Source: Gammaproteobacteria bacterium
GTDB lineage: Bacteria; Pseudomonadota; Gammaproteobacteria; Eutrophobiales; Eutrophobiaceae
Assembly: GCA_965222155.1 (NCBI GenBank)
Contig: CBDCTH010000012.1
Span: 1,568,001 to 1,632,000 of the forward strand
DNA: 64,000 bases
Direction of reading: 5' to 3'
In this document: piece after piece, positions 29,562-41,941 of the stretch
How positions within the stretch are numbered: the stretch's first letter is position 1
Layout of the letters: every line of letters starts with the position of its first letter
Translations under genes and position numbers: made by a program
The notes under the pieces: model-generated
Told to the model about the DNA's origin: nothing
Seen by the model: only the letters and a program-made list of their open reading frames with translations
Database searches by the model: none

Positions 29562-31682
29562 TTATTCAACATAATCGAAGTCGATCTTTCTCTCGTCCAC
29601 GTTGACACTGAGCAGCTTTATTTTGATCCGGTCCCCAAGAAAATATTTCCGCCCCGTTCTTTCCCCGGACAGGGAATGGGCAATGGAATCAAAATGATAA
29701 TAATCTACCGGCAAGGCGGAAATGTGTATCAACCCCTCAACGTAAATATCATCCAGTTCGACAAACAGGCCAAACCCGGTAACGCCGGATATAATCCCCT
29801 CGAATACCCTGTCGATTTTATCCAGCATGAACTCACACTTCATCCTGGCCATGACGTCCCGGGTGGCATCTTCCGCCCGGCGCTCCGTCAAGGAACAATG
29901 TGTGCCGAAATTATGCATGTCATTATTACCGTAATCATAATCGGCCTTTTCAACTATGTGCCGGATGGCGCGATGCACCAGCAAATCGGTATAGCGTCGA
30001 ATCGGTGAGGTAAAATGCGTGTAATGGTCGAAAGCCAGGCCGAAATGTCCATTATTCCTTCCTTCGTATACAGCCATGGGCATGCTGCGCAACAGTACGG
30101 TCTCGATTAAGTGCCTGTCATCCCTGGTTTCGATCAATTGCAGGATCTTTGCATAGTTTTTGGTTTTGGGGTCCACTCCCCCCCCCAACTGCAGGCCAAA
30201 GTCACCCAGGAATTGATTCAAGTCATTGATCTTTTCCTCGTTCGGGACTGCATGGTTGCGAAAGATAGCAGGTATTTCATTGATAAGCAGAAACTCTGCA
30301 ACCGCAACGTTTGCCGCCAGCATGAATTCTTCGATGATTCTGTGAGAGTCATGGCGCTCGACCGAATTGATATCGGCTACTTTGCCCTGTCCATCAAAAC
30401 TCAGCTTAATTTCATTCGATGAAAAATCCAGCACCCCCTGCTGTTGCCTATGCCGGCGCATGATGGAATACAGCTCATATAACTCCCTGATATGGGGAAT
30501 AATCGGCTGGTATTTTTTCCGGACAGCGGCGCCGGCCAGCATGGTGTCGACAAGTTTGTACGTCAGTCTGGCCTTGGAGCGGATGACGGCCGGATACAAG
30601 GAATATTGTTTGACCCGTCCGGCCCGGTTGATGCGCAGGTCACATACCATGGCCGGTCGGTCTTCGTCCGGTTTGAGCGAGCACAGGTCATTGGAAAGCA
30701 ATTCAGGCAGCATCGGCACGACCCGGTTGGGAAAGTAGACCGAATTGCCTCGTTCCTGCGCGACCTTATCCAGCGCCGTGCCGGGCCTGACGTAGTGTGA
30801 CACGTCAGCAATGGCAACCACCAGACGCCATTCAGTTCCTCGTTTCTCGCAATACACTGCGTCATCAAAATCCCTGGCGTCTTCTCCATCTATCGTCACC
30901 AGTGACAGTTCGCGCAGGTCTCGGCGGTTTTTATCCTTCTGTTTTCGCTCCAACCCGACCAGTTCCTTCTCGACTCCGGCGGGCCATTGATAGGGAATAT
31001 CGTAGGCGCGGATAGCTATTTCCGTTGCCATATCAATGGAGTTGGAACGGCCCAGGACCTCGATGATTTTACCCAGCGGCTGGGTATGCCCATCAGGCTG
31101 CCTGGTGATTTCGGTAACCACGTAATCACCTGTTTCCGCCTTTTTTCTCTGCCGTGACGGAACCAGAATATCCTGGCTGATACGTTTATTATCCGGTACG
31201 ACAAACGCGACGCTACCTTCCTGGAAGAAGCGCCCCACAACCGACCGGTTAACCCGTTCCAGCACTTCGACGATCACCGCCTCCCTGCGGCCGCGCCGGT
31301 CAAATCCTCCATAACGCACCACTACATGATCATCATGCAGGACGGTACGCATCTGTTTCAATGATAAATACAGATCATCACCGCCATGGTCCGGCCTGAA
31401 AAAACCATAACCTTCTGCGTGACCAATCACTTTCCCCGCCACCAGGTCCATCTTGTCCAACAGGCCGTAGCCTTCTCGACGGTTGCGGATGAGCTCGCCA
31501 TCCCGCAACATGGCCCTAAGGCGCTTATTCAACGCGTTGCGTTCCTCAGAGCTGTTAAGCCCCAGGGAGCCGGCTATTTCGCTCAACTGGCGTGGAATCT
31601 TGGAACGTTTTAAAAACTCGATGATTTCATCCCGTCCAGGGATTGTTACCTGATATTGTTTGCTACTTGTTTTTTTTGACAT
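29562..31682 (-). CDS. rnr: Ribonuclease R
   Basis: TIDGEDARDFDDA, HFTSPIRRYTD, C-terminal S1 domain. Confidence 0.96.
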   Translation of the reverse strand: MSKKTSSKQYQVTIPGRDEIIEFLKRSKIPRQLSEIAGSLGLNSSEERNALNKRLRAMLRDGELIRNRREGYGLLDKMDLVAGKVIGHAEGYGFFRPDHGGDDLYLSLKQMRTVLHDDHVVVRYGGFDRRGRREAVIVEVLERVNRSVVGRFFQEGSVAFVVPDNKRISQDILVPSRQRKKAETGDYVVTEITRQPDGHTQPLGKIIEVLGRSNSIDMATEIAIRAYDIPYQWPAGVEKELVGLERKQKDKNRRDLRELSLVTIDGEDARDFDDAVYCEKRGTEWRLVVAIADVSHYVRPGTALDKVAQERGNSVYFPNRVVPMLPELLSNDLCSLKPDEDRPAMVCDLRINRAGRVKQYSLYPAVIRSKARLTYKLVDTMLAGAAVRKKYQPIIPHIRELYELYSIMRRHRQQQGVLDFSSNEIKLSFDGQGKVADINSVERHDSHRIIEEFMLAANVAVAEFLLINEIPAIFRNHAVPNEEKINDLNQFLGDFGLQLGGGVDPKTKNYAKILQLIETRDDRHLIETVLLRSMPMAVYEGRNNGHFGLAFDHYTHFTSPIRRYTDLLVHRAIRHIVEKADYDYGNNDMHNFGTHCSLTERRAEDATRDVMARMKCEFMLDKIDRVFEGIISGVTGFGLFVELDDIYVEGLIHISALPVDYYHFDSIAHSLSGERTGRKYFLGDRIKIKLLSVNVDERKIDFDYVE

Positions 31683-31691
31683 ACATACACA

Positions 31692-31720
31692 TTGACAGCG
31701 CCTGTTGCTACCGGTAAAGT
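31692..31720 (+). promoter_or_regulatory. Sigma70 promoter of tRNA-Leu
   Basis: TTGACA-17 bp-TAAAGT followed by GC-rich discriminator CCGCCC. Confidence 0.7.
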
Positions 31721-31760
31721 CCGCCCACTAAAATAATTCCTGTTATATAATCCAAGCCAT

Positions 31761-31847
31761 GCCGAGGTGGCGGAATTGGTAGACGCGCTAGCTTCAGGTG
31801 CTAGTGGGGGTAACCCCGTGAAGGTTCAAGTCCTTTCCTCGGCACCA
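31761..31847 (+). tRNA. tRNA-Leu(CAG)
   Basis: GCCGAGG acceptor stem, CTAGC-TTCAGGT-GCTAG anticodon arm, long variable arm, GTTCAAG T-loop, encoded CCA. Confidence 0.97.
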
Positions 31848-31906
31848 TAATTGCGGATAAGATCATTGTAACCGCATTGCGCCGCAGACGCCAAATTATC
31901 TGATAC

Positions 31907-33559
31907 CCCCAAATCCCGCGTTAGGGATTTGAAACGGGCATTCAAGGCGCATTCTGTCTGTTTGTAGTGCCTTACTCAATAGCAATGAGCCATGGTTTAC
32001 CCTTGTATAGGGTAGGTTATCGCTCTCTCACGCCGGATTAGGACAATATCAGGCAGATTAACATGGCCAGGGCAATAAGACAGGCAGGGGTGACCCGCCC
32101 CCATCTGCCGGGGGTGACTGAGAACAGGGGGGGTTAGCAGGACTACGCTACGCCAGCCAGCGGCGGCGCCCGCGCCGGCGGCGCCAAGGCCGCCAGCAGG
32201 GTCTTCACCAAGCCGGCCTGTTCCGGTCGGAACTTCAAATACACCCGGCGGGCATGACACACGACTTTAGCAGCCATCGCATACACACGCCAGCGGAGGG
32301 TCGGCGCCCGGCAGGTATGCCACTGTGGCGGCAGCGAGTGACGCAACAGCACAAACAGGTTATACGCCGTCACACACAGGTGAAAGTACAGGGCATTGGC
32401 GTCAAACTGACCGCACGGCAAGCGCTCACCTCCGACGTCGCATTTCAACTCCTTGATGCGATTCTCCGAGTCCTCGCCGCGCGGGGTATACCCGTGCACT
32501 CTCTCACTGTCAGTCAATGCATCCCGATGGGTGGCCAGCGCCCGGTAGCTATACCCCCCGTCCGTCACGGCGGTGTCATCGTCAACGTCTTCCTCACCCC
32601 AATCCAGACACTGCTGCCCCGCTTTGCGCGTGCGCTGCACCACCACTGTGAAGGCCTTGTCATACCCCGTGATGACATGCACGCCCCGACACGTGGCCTG
32701 ACCGTCTACCGCCTCCCCGTCCCGCACCCACGGCTGCCAGACCGACTCTGGACGCTCCAGTATCCACGCCTTCAACTCAGCACTACGCTTCGCCCGTAAA
32801 TACTTCACTATCACCCCCTCAGGCAGCCCCGCCTCACAGGACGTGATAAAACCCATATTATCCGTCGCCGGCGCCACGTTCCCGTCCCGAAAGTCACAGC
32901 CCACCGCCTGACCCGTCTCCGCAAGATGCCCCAGCATCGGCATATAACCCTGACGCTTCAAGTACGTCCATTGCGCCGCCCGCTTCTCAGCAAACACCGG
33001 CGTCGCATCAATGTCCAAAGTCACCCAAAGGGGACAGATTTAAAATATGTCCCCGGTCGGGCGTTGCATCAATGTCCAAGGTCACCTGACGACACCCGCC
33101 GGTTCACCTCCACTAACGCCTTGATACCGACCTCGTCCTTGCCCAGGCGCCGCAACCCGTCCCCCAGCATGTCCGCACTCGGCAGCCGTCGCAACCCTAA
33201 CAACTTCCTCAATGCCTTATCCTGCCGGATAGGCCGCACATCCTCCAGACAACGCGCCCCGTCGTGCAACATCAGCATCCATAACGACACTACGTCCGAG
33301 GGCCGGTAACCCCGATTGCTGCCCGGCGCCGGAAAGTGTGCCGCTACCAGTGACGAAAACCCTATCCGCCGCAGTAACTCGGCCACACACACCAAGCCGC
33401 CGCGCCCGGTCAATAAATCATTGGTATTTGTGATTTTGTACAGTATGATTTGCATAAGCCTTGTCTGTTGCACCCATCGGGTGATAGTCGTTAATCACAC
33501 AACCTATTATACAGACAAGGCTTTTTTGATTCCTGCACTTTCTAATGCGGGATTAGGGG
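31907..33559 (-). mobile_element. IS1380-family insertion sequence, inactivated
   Basis: Imperfect TIRs CCCCAAATCCCGCGTTAG / CTAATGCGGGATTAGGGG, 4-bp ATAC duplication; transposase split into 33069-33473 and 32143-33024. Confidence 0.85.
32143..33473 (-). pseudogene. IS1380 DDE transposase, frameshifted
   Basis: LTGRGGL, TLDIDAT, RGEDSENRIKELK, NALYF motifs across two frames. Confidence 0.85.
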
Positions 33560-33572
33560 ATACCGGAAGAGT

Positions 33573-33782
33573 TTAAGATGACCCAGTCAGCCTCCGACCA
33601 TGGGATTTAAACCAGGATAAGATATCGGCATACAACTGTAGTATTACCGGTTGGACAGGAGGCATTTCGACCTTGGCATGACGAAAGAACTCATCATCAA
33701 GTTCAGGAATGTCGCTGGTGTCAATGGTCTCATCTTCCATTTCAGCCAGTCGTTTCCAATCAGTTTTTGATACTTTTCTCAT
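33573..33782 (-). CDS. BrnA antitoxin, C-terminally truncated
   Basis: TDWKRL, DIPELDDEFF, WFK, but no YQTRIN helix. Confidence 0.75.
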   Translation of the reverse strand: MRKVSKTDWKRLAEMEDETIDTSDIPELDDEFFRHAKVEMPPVQPVILQLYADILSWFKSHGRRLTGSS

Positions 33783-34038
33783 AGCGGTTTATTTCATAAC
33801 GGGTTGCTTTTCGAGCAGAGATAATTCGTATCATGTCACAGCGACGCTCAGTATAGACTACCACACACACCAGGCCGAGCATTCGGCCAATTGCTACCCA
33901 ACGCTCCTCACTGTAATCTCCACGACTATCCGGTGACGCCAATACCGGATAATTAAACATATTTTCCACATCGGCAAAGTCGATTCCATGTTTGCGAATA
34001 TTGCTCTCGTTCTTTGCCTGATTCCATTCAAAACGCAT
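33760..34038 (-). CDS. BrnT toxin
   Basis: FEW..KN..NIRKHGIDF, EERW, RIISARKAT. Confidence 0.9.
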   Translation of the reverse strand: MRFEWNQAKNESNIRKHGIDFADVENMFNYPVLASPDSRGDYSEERWVAIGRMLGLVCVVVYTERRCDMIRIISARKATRYEINRYEKSIKN

Positions 34039-34112
34039 ACTTCGTCCTTTAATGACACTTACATGGATATTCTAACCGCGTATCCTCATCAGGTCACGTT
34101 CTTTGTCCTGGT

Positions 34113-36722
34113 TCAATTCATATAGCGGTACCTAGCGCCCCATGCACAGACTAACGGACGGGGACGAAATTCAATTCCATCCCCTTGTACAGTCTCTGAC
34201 GACATCGTCGCTTGTTTCACCAAAGGGTGAAGCGGCATGGTAAACGCGGCCTTGGGATACTGTATTGCACAGTCAACTTCGAAAGTAATAGACAGATGTG
34301 GGTCCCCACCCTTCAGCCAATTTTCCCATTCCCGATAGGTGGTCGTATTCTGTCTAGGGAGTTGCTGAAAATCATGCAACAGGATATTGCGCGCCTCCTG
34401 TGAAAGACGAAGTGTTTTCAGGGGTTTCTCGCCCAGAATAAACTCCTGCTCTTTCCCGCACTTCTGCTTTAGATAAAGTGTGACGAGCCTGTGTATGGAT
34501 GCCGGCGCCAGCCAAAAGCTAGAGGCGTCTTCGACCTCCTGTTTCATCTGATCTTCGGGGAGACGGATGCCGAAAAGCTCCATCTGCCTCAGCTCCAATT
34601 CTTCCTGTTCCTGTATCAGCCGAATCTTGTTGTCCGCCAACTGCTGTAATTTACCTCTTCGGTCGTCTTCGCTCAGGGTATAGTTTTCCGCTATACTTCT
34701 GATCTCCCTGGTGATCTCTCCGAGTATTTCCTCGCTGCCACCAAGGGCGCTCTCGAATACGCCTATGCGCATAAGGCAGCGATCATAAATGTCAGCATCA
34801 ACGGTCCCCGGCGTGATCAGGTTGACGATAGCGATGCTCTCGCTTATTTGCCCCTTGCGATCGATACGGCCGATTCGCTGCTCAACACGCATCGGGTTCC
34901 AGGGTAGATCGTAGTTCACGATGCAGTCACAGAACTGGTAGTCCAGCCCTTCGCAACCGATTTCCGAGAATAACAGGATGTCCAGAGTGTCCTTGTCTTC
35001 GCGTGGTTTCTCGAAACATCCCCGGAGTTCTATGCGTTCTTCATCTGGAGTACCTCCATGTATCAAGCCAACCCGTATACCGTCCGCCTTGAGATGTTTA
35101 TAAAGGTAGTGAAGAGTATGGCGAAAGCTGCTGAACAGTATCACCTTGTTATTAGGTAGGTTTTGCTTATCTTGAATGATATTGCGAAGACGCTCAAGTT
35201 TCGGATCATTGGGATCGAGGGAGCGCGCTTTTTCAAGTATGCTTTGGATCTGCAACCGGATTTGATTGACGGCGTCGCTCCGTAGATCTGGTCTCGCATT
35301 ATCGATTTCCACCCATTCCAAATCGTCGATATGGCGGTTCAGGATGTCCTCAAGGAAAGGGGCCAGCCCGTACAGGCAGCTCGCTGCCTGACGCCTGATC
35401 GTGGTCATCATGAACTTGACGTTAATATCCCCATGAAGCCGACTGAATATCTCTGCCTGGACACTGAGCAGACCGTCGTGAAGTCGTTTCTGTCCAGAAG
35501 TAAACTCAACGGCTGCGGTCTCCGACTTTCTGATGGTGAATGCCCCGATATCACGACGTCGCGTTCTGCTGATGATCCCCGAAAACGTATGCAACGCTTC
35601 AATGTCCGTGATGAGTTGGACTCTTTCATCGGCAGCAACGCAGCCCTCGGCAATATGATGTCTGATCCGATTGAACTCTGGGTTACGGCTGAAAATCGCC
35701 TGCCCCCAAGGCGTTGATGCTGCCTCATCAAGAACATCCGTCGTCCTAACCGTCCAGTCCGGCCCTTGGGCGCGTACGTGGTTCACGGCTTGGTTGATAT
35801 ATGGGTTTGGTTCCGTCATGTGTTGAAAACTCTTTTCATCCTGGATGAGGTCGGGACGAAGCGTATTCAACAATACGAACAGGTCATCGCTGCCAAGCTG
35901 AACAGGGGTAGCGGTCAGAAAGACCGCCGCTTCAGCATGATCGCAGAAATACCTGACTGCCTGATGAGAGTAGGTGTTTGTATTACGGATATGATGGGCT
36001 TCGTCTACGATCACGAGATCGAAACGTGGAGGCGGGTCCAAATCCAAAAGACCTTTTACACGTTTTCGCTTGCCTGTGTTCTCCGGTCCGTATAGAAGTG
36101 CCTCATCGAATAATGAATAGGGAAGAATCACTTTCTGGTATTGGTCAGGCCAAGTTCCGTCCAGGTCCATTTCCTTGATACAGTATCTCAGGGTTCTCCC
36201 GTCCAGGTGGGTGAACCTTTCGTCGAACCGCTTCATTTCGCCCTGCCACTTGCGCTCGGTCACCAATGGGCGGGGACAGATAATGAGGACGGACTTGATA
36301 TCCCGCCGGGACTGTAATTCCCGGAGGATGAGTCCAGCCTCGATAGTCTTGCCGACGCCAACGCCGTCCGCGATCAGTAGTCTCGGTCGGTCTGATCGAA
36401 TGAAGCGTAGAACGGGCCGAAACTGGTAGGGGATAAAGTCGACGCGAGCCGCGTTGAGTGAGTACAACGTAGATAAGCTCGGATGCCGTATCTGAAGCGC
36501 AGTGAGATACGCATGGAACTGATCGCATGATAGGAGTGGATAATCGTTATCGGCCTGGTCCTCGATCTTCAACTGAGAAGCGTAATACGTCTGAACGTTT
36601 CCACTCACGAAAACCCTGATCTGGCTTTCGGGGTGGCCCGGTAACATGCCAACAACCGCTCCTTTCACGGACGGGTCTGACTTCAAAACAACGATTTAGC
36701 CCGGTGAAAACTCTGTATTCAT
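34113..36722 (-). pseudogene. SNF2-family helicase with early nonsense codon and truncated C-terminus
   Basis: ATG at 36722 reads MNTEFSPG*IVVLKSDP; LLIADGVGVGKT, DEAH, TATP, WNPMRVEQRIGRIDR; ORF runs into a palindrome at 34160-34184. Confidence 0.75.
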
Positions 36723-36908
36723 CTTTACTGTCTGTAGTACTTCATTGTTTTTGTTGAGTGTTTTTTCTACGTTTCATTGCCATCATTCGTAGCGAACAGC
36801 TGCAGATGGCTTCGCGTTCAACACTTAACTCATCGGAATTATGACTGGATTGGCAATTTCTTGATAATCCAAAGCCCGGAACACTCCGATTGTTCCCGAC
36901 AGCGCCTG

Positions 36909-38201
<1,293 letters not shown>

Positions 38202-39383
38202 TTATATTTTCTTGACCTTCCATTGCCCGCGTTCAAGCTTTATTTCCCGATCACAGCCAATTTCCTTTGCCCCCCCCGACTGGCCGGGCAGGTCACAAAT
38301 GACGATTTCACCCTGTTGCCTTAATTTTTCAATCAATTCATACAAACCGGGGACTTCGGAGTTCGGGGCATAAATCCTTTTTTTCGGCTTATATGTATGA
38401 GGGGTCAACTGAAACAGCTTGTTTACATCGGTGCTGAAGCCGGTTGCCGGCCGCGGTTGACCGAAGGACTGTCCGATTTCATCGTAGCGACCGCCGAAGG
38501 CTACCCCCTCGCTTTCTCCCGGTATGTATGCGACGAATGTCATGCCCGTATGATAGTGGTAACCCTGAAATTCAGTGACGTCAAAATATAGCGGCGCGTT
38601 CCTTACCTGGCGGCCGGCCAGTTCCGCAATTTTTTTCAAATCATCCACATAGCTACATAACCTGTCATCACAGGATCCCAGGATAGCCCTGAACTTGTCC
38701 AATATTGCTGCGTCACCCTCCATATCCATGAGCTTGAGCAACGCCATGCTATGATCAGAAACAATTGACCACTGCGCCAGTATTTTTGCCAGTTCATCAA
38801 TTGCTTTTCTTTGCACGCAACTGAAAACCCGGTTTTTCTGCTCAGGGGAGAGCTTCAGCGGTTCAATTAAACCCTGCAGGATACCTACATGACCTATGTC
38901 TACGTGGATATCTTTCAACCCCGCCAGTTGCAACGTTTTCAACATAAGTGCAAGGATTTCCGCGTCACTTTCACATCCCGTGTGACCATAAAGCTCAGCG
39001 CCTGTCTGCAAGGGTGCGCGCGTGCCCCCTGGCTCACCCGGCAATGTGTGCAGTACCGTGCCGATGTAGCAGAGCCGGTTCGGCCTGTTACGTTTGAGAT
39101 TATGCGCGTCAATACGCGCCACCTGCGGTGTGGTATCTGCTCGTATACCCATCAATTTGCCATTCAATTGATCGGTAATCTTGAAGGTCTGAAGCTCCAG
39201 GTCCTGGTCGGTGCCCGTCAATAATGTATCCAGGTATTCAATTAACGGGGGCATCACCAACTCATATCCCCAGGTGGAAAATTGATCCATTATCCGGCGA
39301 CACAGACTGTCGAGTTGCCCGGCCTGAGGAGGCAGCGTCTCTTCAATCCCTTCAGGCAACAGCCATTTGTTCCTGATTACCAT
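38202..39383 (-). CDS. hisZ: ATP phosphoribosyltransferase regulatory subunit
   Basis: WLLPEGIEE, RADTTPQVARIDAH, GGRYD; upstream of purA. Confidence 0.93.
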   Translation of the reverse strand: MVIRNKWLLPEGIEETLPPQAGQLDSLCRRIMDQFSTWGYELVMPPLIEYLDTLLTGTDQDLELQTFKITDQLNGKLMGIRADTTPQVARIDAHNLKRNRPNRLCYIGTVLHTLPGEPGGTRAPLQTGAELYGHTGCESDAEILALMLKTLQLAGLKDIHVDIGHVGILQGLIEPLKLSPEQKNRVFSCVQRKAIDELAKILAQWSIVSDHSMALLKLMDMEGDAAILDKFRAILGSCDDRLCSYVDDLKKIAELAGRQVRNAPLYFDVTEFQGYHYHTGMTFVAYIPGESEGVAFGGRYDEIGQSFGQPRPATGFSTDVNKLFQLTPHTYKPKKRIYAPNSEVPGLYELIEKLRQQGEIVICDLPGQSGGAKEIGCDREIKLERGQWKVKKI

Positions 39384-39384
39384 A

Positions 39385-39570
39385 TTAGCGCACGATATAT
39401 AATAGAAGTACACCGAACAACATACTGCTCACACCGATAAACCGCAGGCTGCTATTGTCCATCTGTGATGCAGCGAGAAACACTCGTTTTATCCACTCAG
39501 GGTTCACGAAGGGTAAAATTCCTTCCAGGATGAAAACCAGCGCGAGGGCGCTCAGTAGTTCTGTCCACAT
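39385..39570 (-). CDS. DUF2065 (YjeT-like) small membrane protein
   Basis: ALALVFILEGILPF; conserved position after hflC. Confidence 0.88.
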   Translation of the reverse strand: MWTELLSALALVFILEGILPFVNPEWIKRVFLAASQMDNSSLRFIGVSSMLFGVLLLYIVR

Positions 39571-39654
39571 AGATTCAATGACAGGTTACGAGATTTAAAA
39601 CCAGACGAAAACAGGACGTTACCAGTATCGCTCCTGTCTATACGAGTCGTCCTG

Positions 39655-39700
39655 TCGTAAAAAAAACCGGATTCTCCAGGGCGATAATAGCAATCCCGGC
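39655..39700 (-). terminator. Possible intrinsic terminator after hflC
   Basis: Minus strand CCGGGATT...AATCCGG followed by a T8 run (large loop). Confidence 0.4.
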
Positions 39701-39703
39701 GCT

Positions 39704-40564
39704 TTATTCACCGAGGGAATTACTGAAGTATTTAAAAAAGTCGGAGTCCGGTTGAAGTAACAGTATATCGCTGCTGCCAAAACTGCTCCGGTAAGCGCTC
39801 AAGCTACGATAAAGCGTATAAAATTCCTGATTTTTACCGAATGCCCCGGCATAAATTTCAGTCGCCCGGGCATCACCCTCACCCCGGACTGTTTCCGCAT
39901 CGCGATAGGCATTGGCCAGGATAATCTCCCGTTCACGATCCGCATTCGCCCTGATCCGCTCTGCCGCCTCTCCGCCGCGCGCTCGAAAATCTTTCGCTAC
40001 CCGGGTCCTCTCGGCCCGCATCCTGGCATAGACCGAATTGCTGACTTCCTCCGGCAGGTCAATTCGCTTGGTCCTGACGTCAACCACGGTAATCCCCAAT
40101 TCATCGCGTAACTGATCCGTCGTTGCCTCAACGACGTCCAGTATTTCACCGCGCTCACCGGCAACCACTTCCTGGACCGTGCGTTTACCGAATTCATCAC
40201 GCAGGGCGCGGTTGATTCTTTGCCCGAGCAGTCCGGTTGCATATTGGACGTCGCCCCCGCGTGTTGCCACGTAGAACTTTTCAACGTCCGAGATAACCCA
40301 TTTTGCGTAATAGTCAACAATCACGTCCTTTTTTTCCAAAGTTAAAAACCGCTGTGGTTCCTGATCCAGGTTCAGCAACCGCGTTTCAAATTTCTGTGCG
40401 GTATTGACGACGGGAATCATGAAATGCAGGCCGGGCTCATAATCGGACCGCTGGATCTCCTTAAACTGGAAAACTATCGCCTGTTCGTATTCCTGCACCC
40501 TGAAAAGCGAAAAATAAGCACCGACTGATGCAATGATGAATAGAAATAAAATTCGCAACAACAT
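39704..40564 (-). CDS. hflC: FtsH modulator HflC
   Basis: SPFH domain, KRIDLP, RMRAER, RSLSAY. Confidence 0.96.
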   Translation of the reverse strand: MLLRILFLFIIASVGAYFSLFRVQEYEQAIVFQFKEIQRSDYEPGLHFMIPVVNTAQKFETRLLNLDQEPQRFLTLEKKDVIVDYYAKWVISDVEKFYVATRGGDVQYATGLLGQRINRALRDEFGKRTVQEVVAGERGEILDVVEATTDQLRDELGITVVDVRTKRIDLPEEVSNSVYARMRAERTRVAKDFRARGGEAAERIRANADREREIILANAYRDAETVRGEGDARATEIYAGAFGKNQEFYTLYRSLSAYRSSFGSSDILLLQPDSDFFKYFSNSLGE

Positions 40565-40566
40565 GA

Positions 40567-41709
40567 TTATCTTTCTCCTCTTATTCTGCTATCCATACGC
40601 TCCGTCAAGTTGCTTCCGGGCTGGGAAGCGGAGGCGTCAGGATCCAGGGCCCGGGACAAGTTCTGTGAAGACGAGTTCCGGGGTTGTATCAACTTGTCCA
40701 GTGGCAGGTACATCAGGCTGTTGCCACCCTCTACGTCAAGCAATACCTTATTTGTACTGGACAGGACTGACTCCATCGATTCCAGGTACAGGCGTTTACG
40801 GGTAATTTCCGGCGCCAGTTCATACTCCGTCAGTAACTGATCAAACCGCGCCGCGTCACCTTCTGATTTTGCGATGACTGAAGCCTTATAGCCATTGGCC
40901 TCTTCCCTGACCCGCGCGGCGCCGCCGCGAGCCCGGGGCAGGATATCATTCCGATAGGCCTCTGCCTCATTGACCAGGCGTTGTTCGTCTTCTCTTGCCT
41001 TGATGGCGTCATCAAACGCGGCCTTGACGTCCTCGGGGGGTTTTGCCGGTTGCATTTCTACGGTAACAATAAGTATCCCCGACTTGTAATCATCAGCCAG
41101 TATCTCCTGCATAAGCTGTTGCTGCTCTTGCGCAATCTCACTCCGCCCCTCAGTGAGGACGTAATCCAGCTCACTCTGTCCTATCACCGCGCGCACGGCG
41201 CTTTCCGTTACCTGCCTCAGCGTCAATGCCGGGTCTTTCACGTTAAAAATAAAATCCGCCGGCTCGTTAATTCGCCACTGCACGGCAACCTCAACGTCGA
41301 CAATGTTTTCATCCTGGGTCAACATCGATGCTTTATGGGTGATGGAACGCACCTGGCCGACGTTAACGGTTACGACCTTGTCGATAAGACTTGGAAAGAC
41401 AAAATTCAAGCCCGGCTGCAAGGTCTTCTCATAGCGCCCAAAGCGCATGACGACGCCGCGCTCCTGCTGGTCAACCAGGTAGGTGATGTCTACCAGCAAC
41501 AACAGGACCAGGACTACGACTACAATCAGCCAGGAAAAAGGAAACCCTTTCCTGTCATTTTTGGGGCCGGACGGTTTCTTGCCGAATATCCCGCCAAAGC
41601 CCTCCCGCATCTTGCGGATAATGTCATCCAGATCAGGCGGACCTTCTCCCCTGCCCCGGTTGCCCCAGGGGTCCTGCCCTTTATTTTCCGGTGGTTCATT
41701 CCAACCCAT
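40567..41709 (-). CDS. hflK: FtsH modulator HflK
   Basis: MGWNEP...DPWG...GPPDLD, MLTQDENIV, AREDEQR. Confidence 0.97.
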   Translation of the reverse strand: MGWNEPPENKGQDPWGNRGRGEGPPDLDDIIRKMREGFGGIFGKKPSGPKNDRKGFPFSWLIVVVVLVLLLLVDITYLVDQQERGVVMRFGRYEKTLQPGLNFVFPSLIDKVVTVNVGQVRSITHKASMLTQDENIVDVEVAVQWRINEPADFIFNVKDPALTLRQVTESAVRAVIGQSELDYVLTEGRSEIAQEQQQLMQEILADDYKSGILIVTVEMQPAKPPEDVKAAFDDAIKAREDEQRLVNEAEAYRNDILPRARGGAARVREEANGYKASVIAKSEGDAARFDQLLTEYELAPEITRKRLYLESMESVLSSTNKVLLDVEGGNSLMYLPLDKLIQPRNSSSQNLSRALDPDASASQPGSNLTERMDSRIRGER

Positions 41710-41941
41710 TTGCTTTACCTCATATCGTCATTTTTGATTAAACAAATCAAGCCTGTTCATAGCGCAGATTTTTAATGCCCGGGGATTCTATCATAATCCG
41801 AACCCGTTACCTTAATCTTCTTATCGTATTGAGCAGGGTAAGATCATACTTTTTGTCATAAGGAAGAGGTTTTTTATTCCAAGGGGTTATACATAAGCGG
41901 GGAACTCCTGGATTTTGTGCGGTGTGGGCGGACAGCGCCTA

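Noticed and set aside
36690-36722. Programmed readthrough or selenocysteine at the SNF2 early stop
   Set aside because: Codon is TAA, and the gene is also truncated at the 3' end; simple decay is more likely
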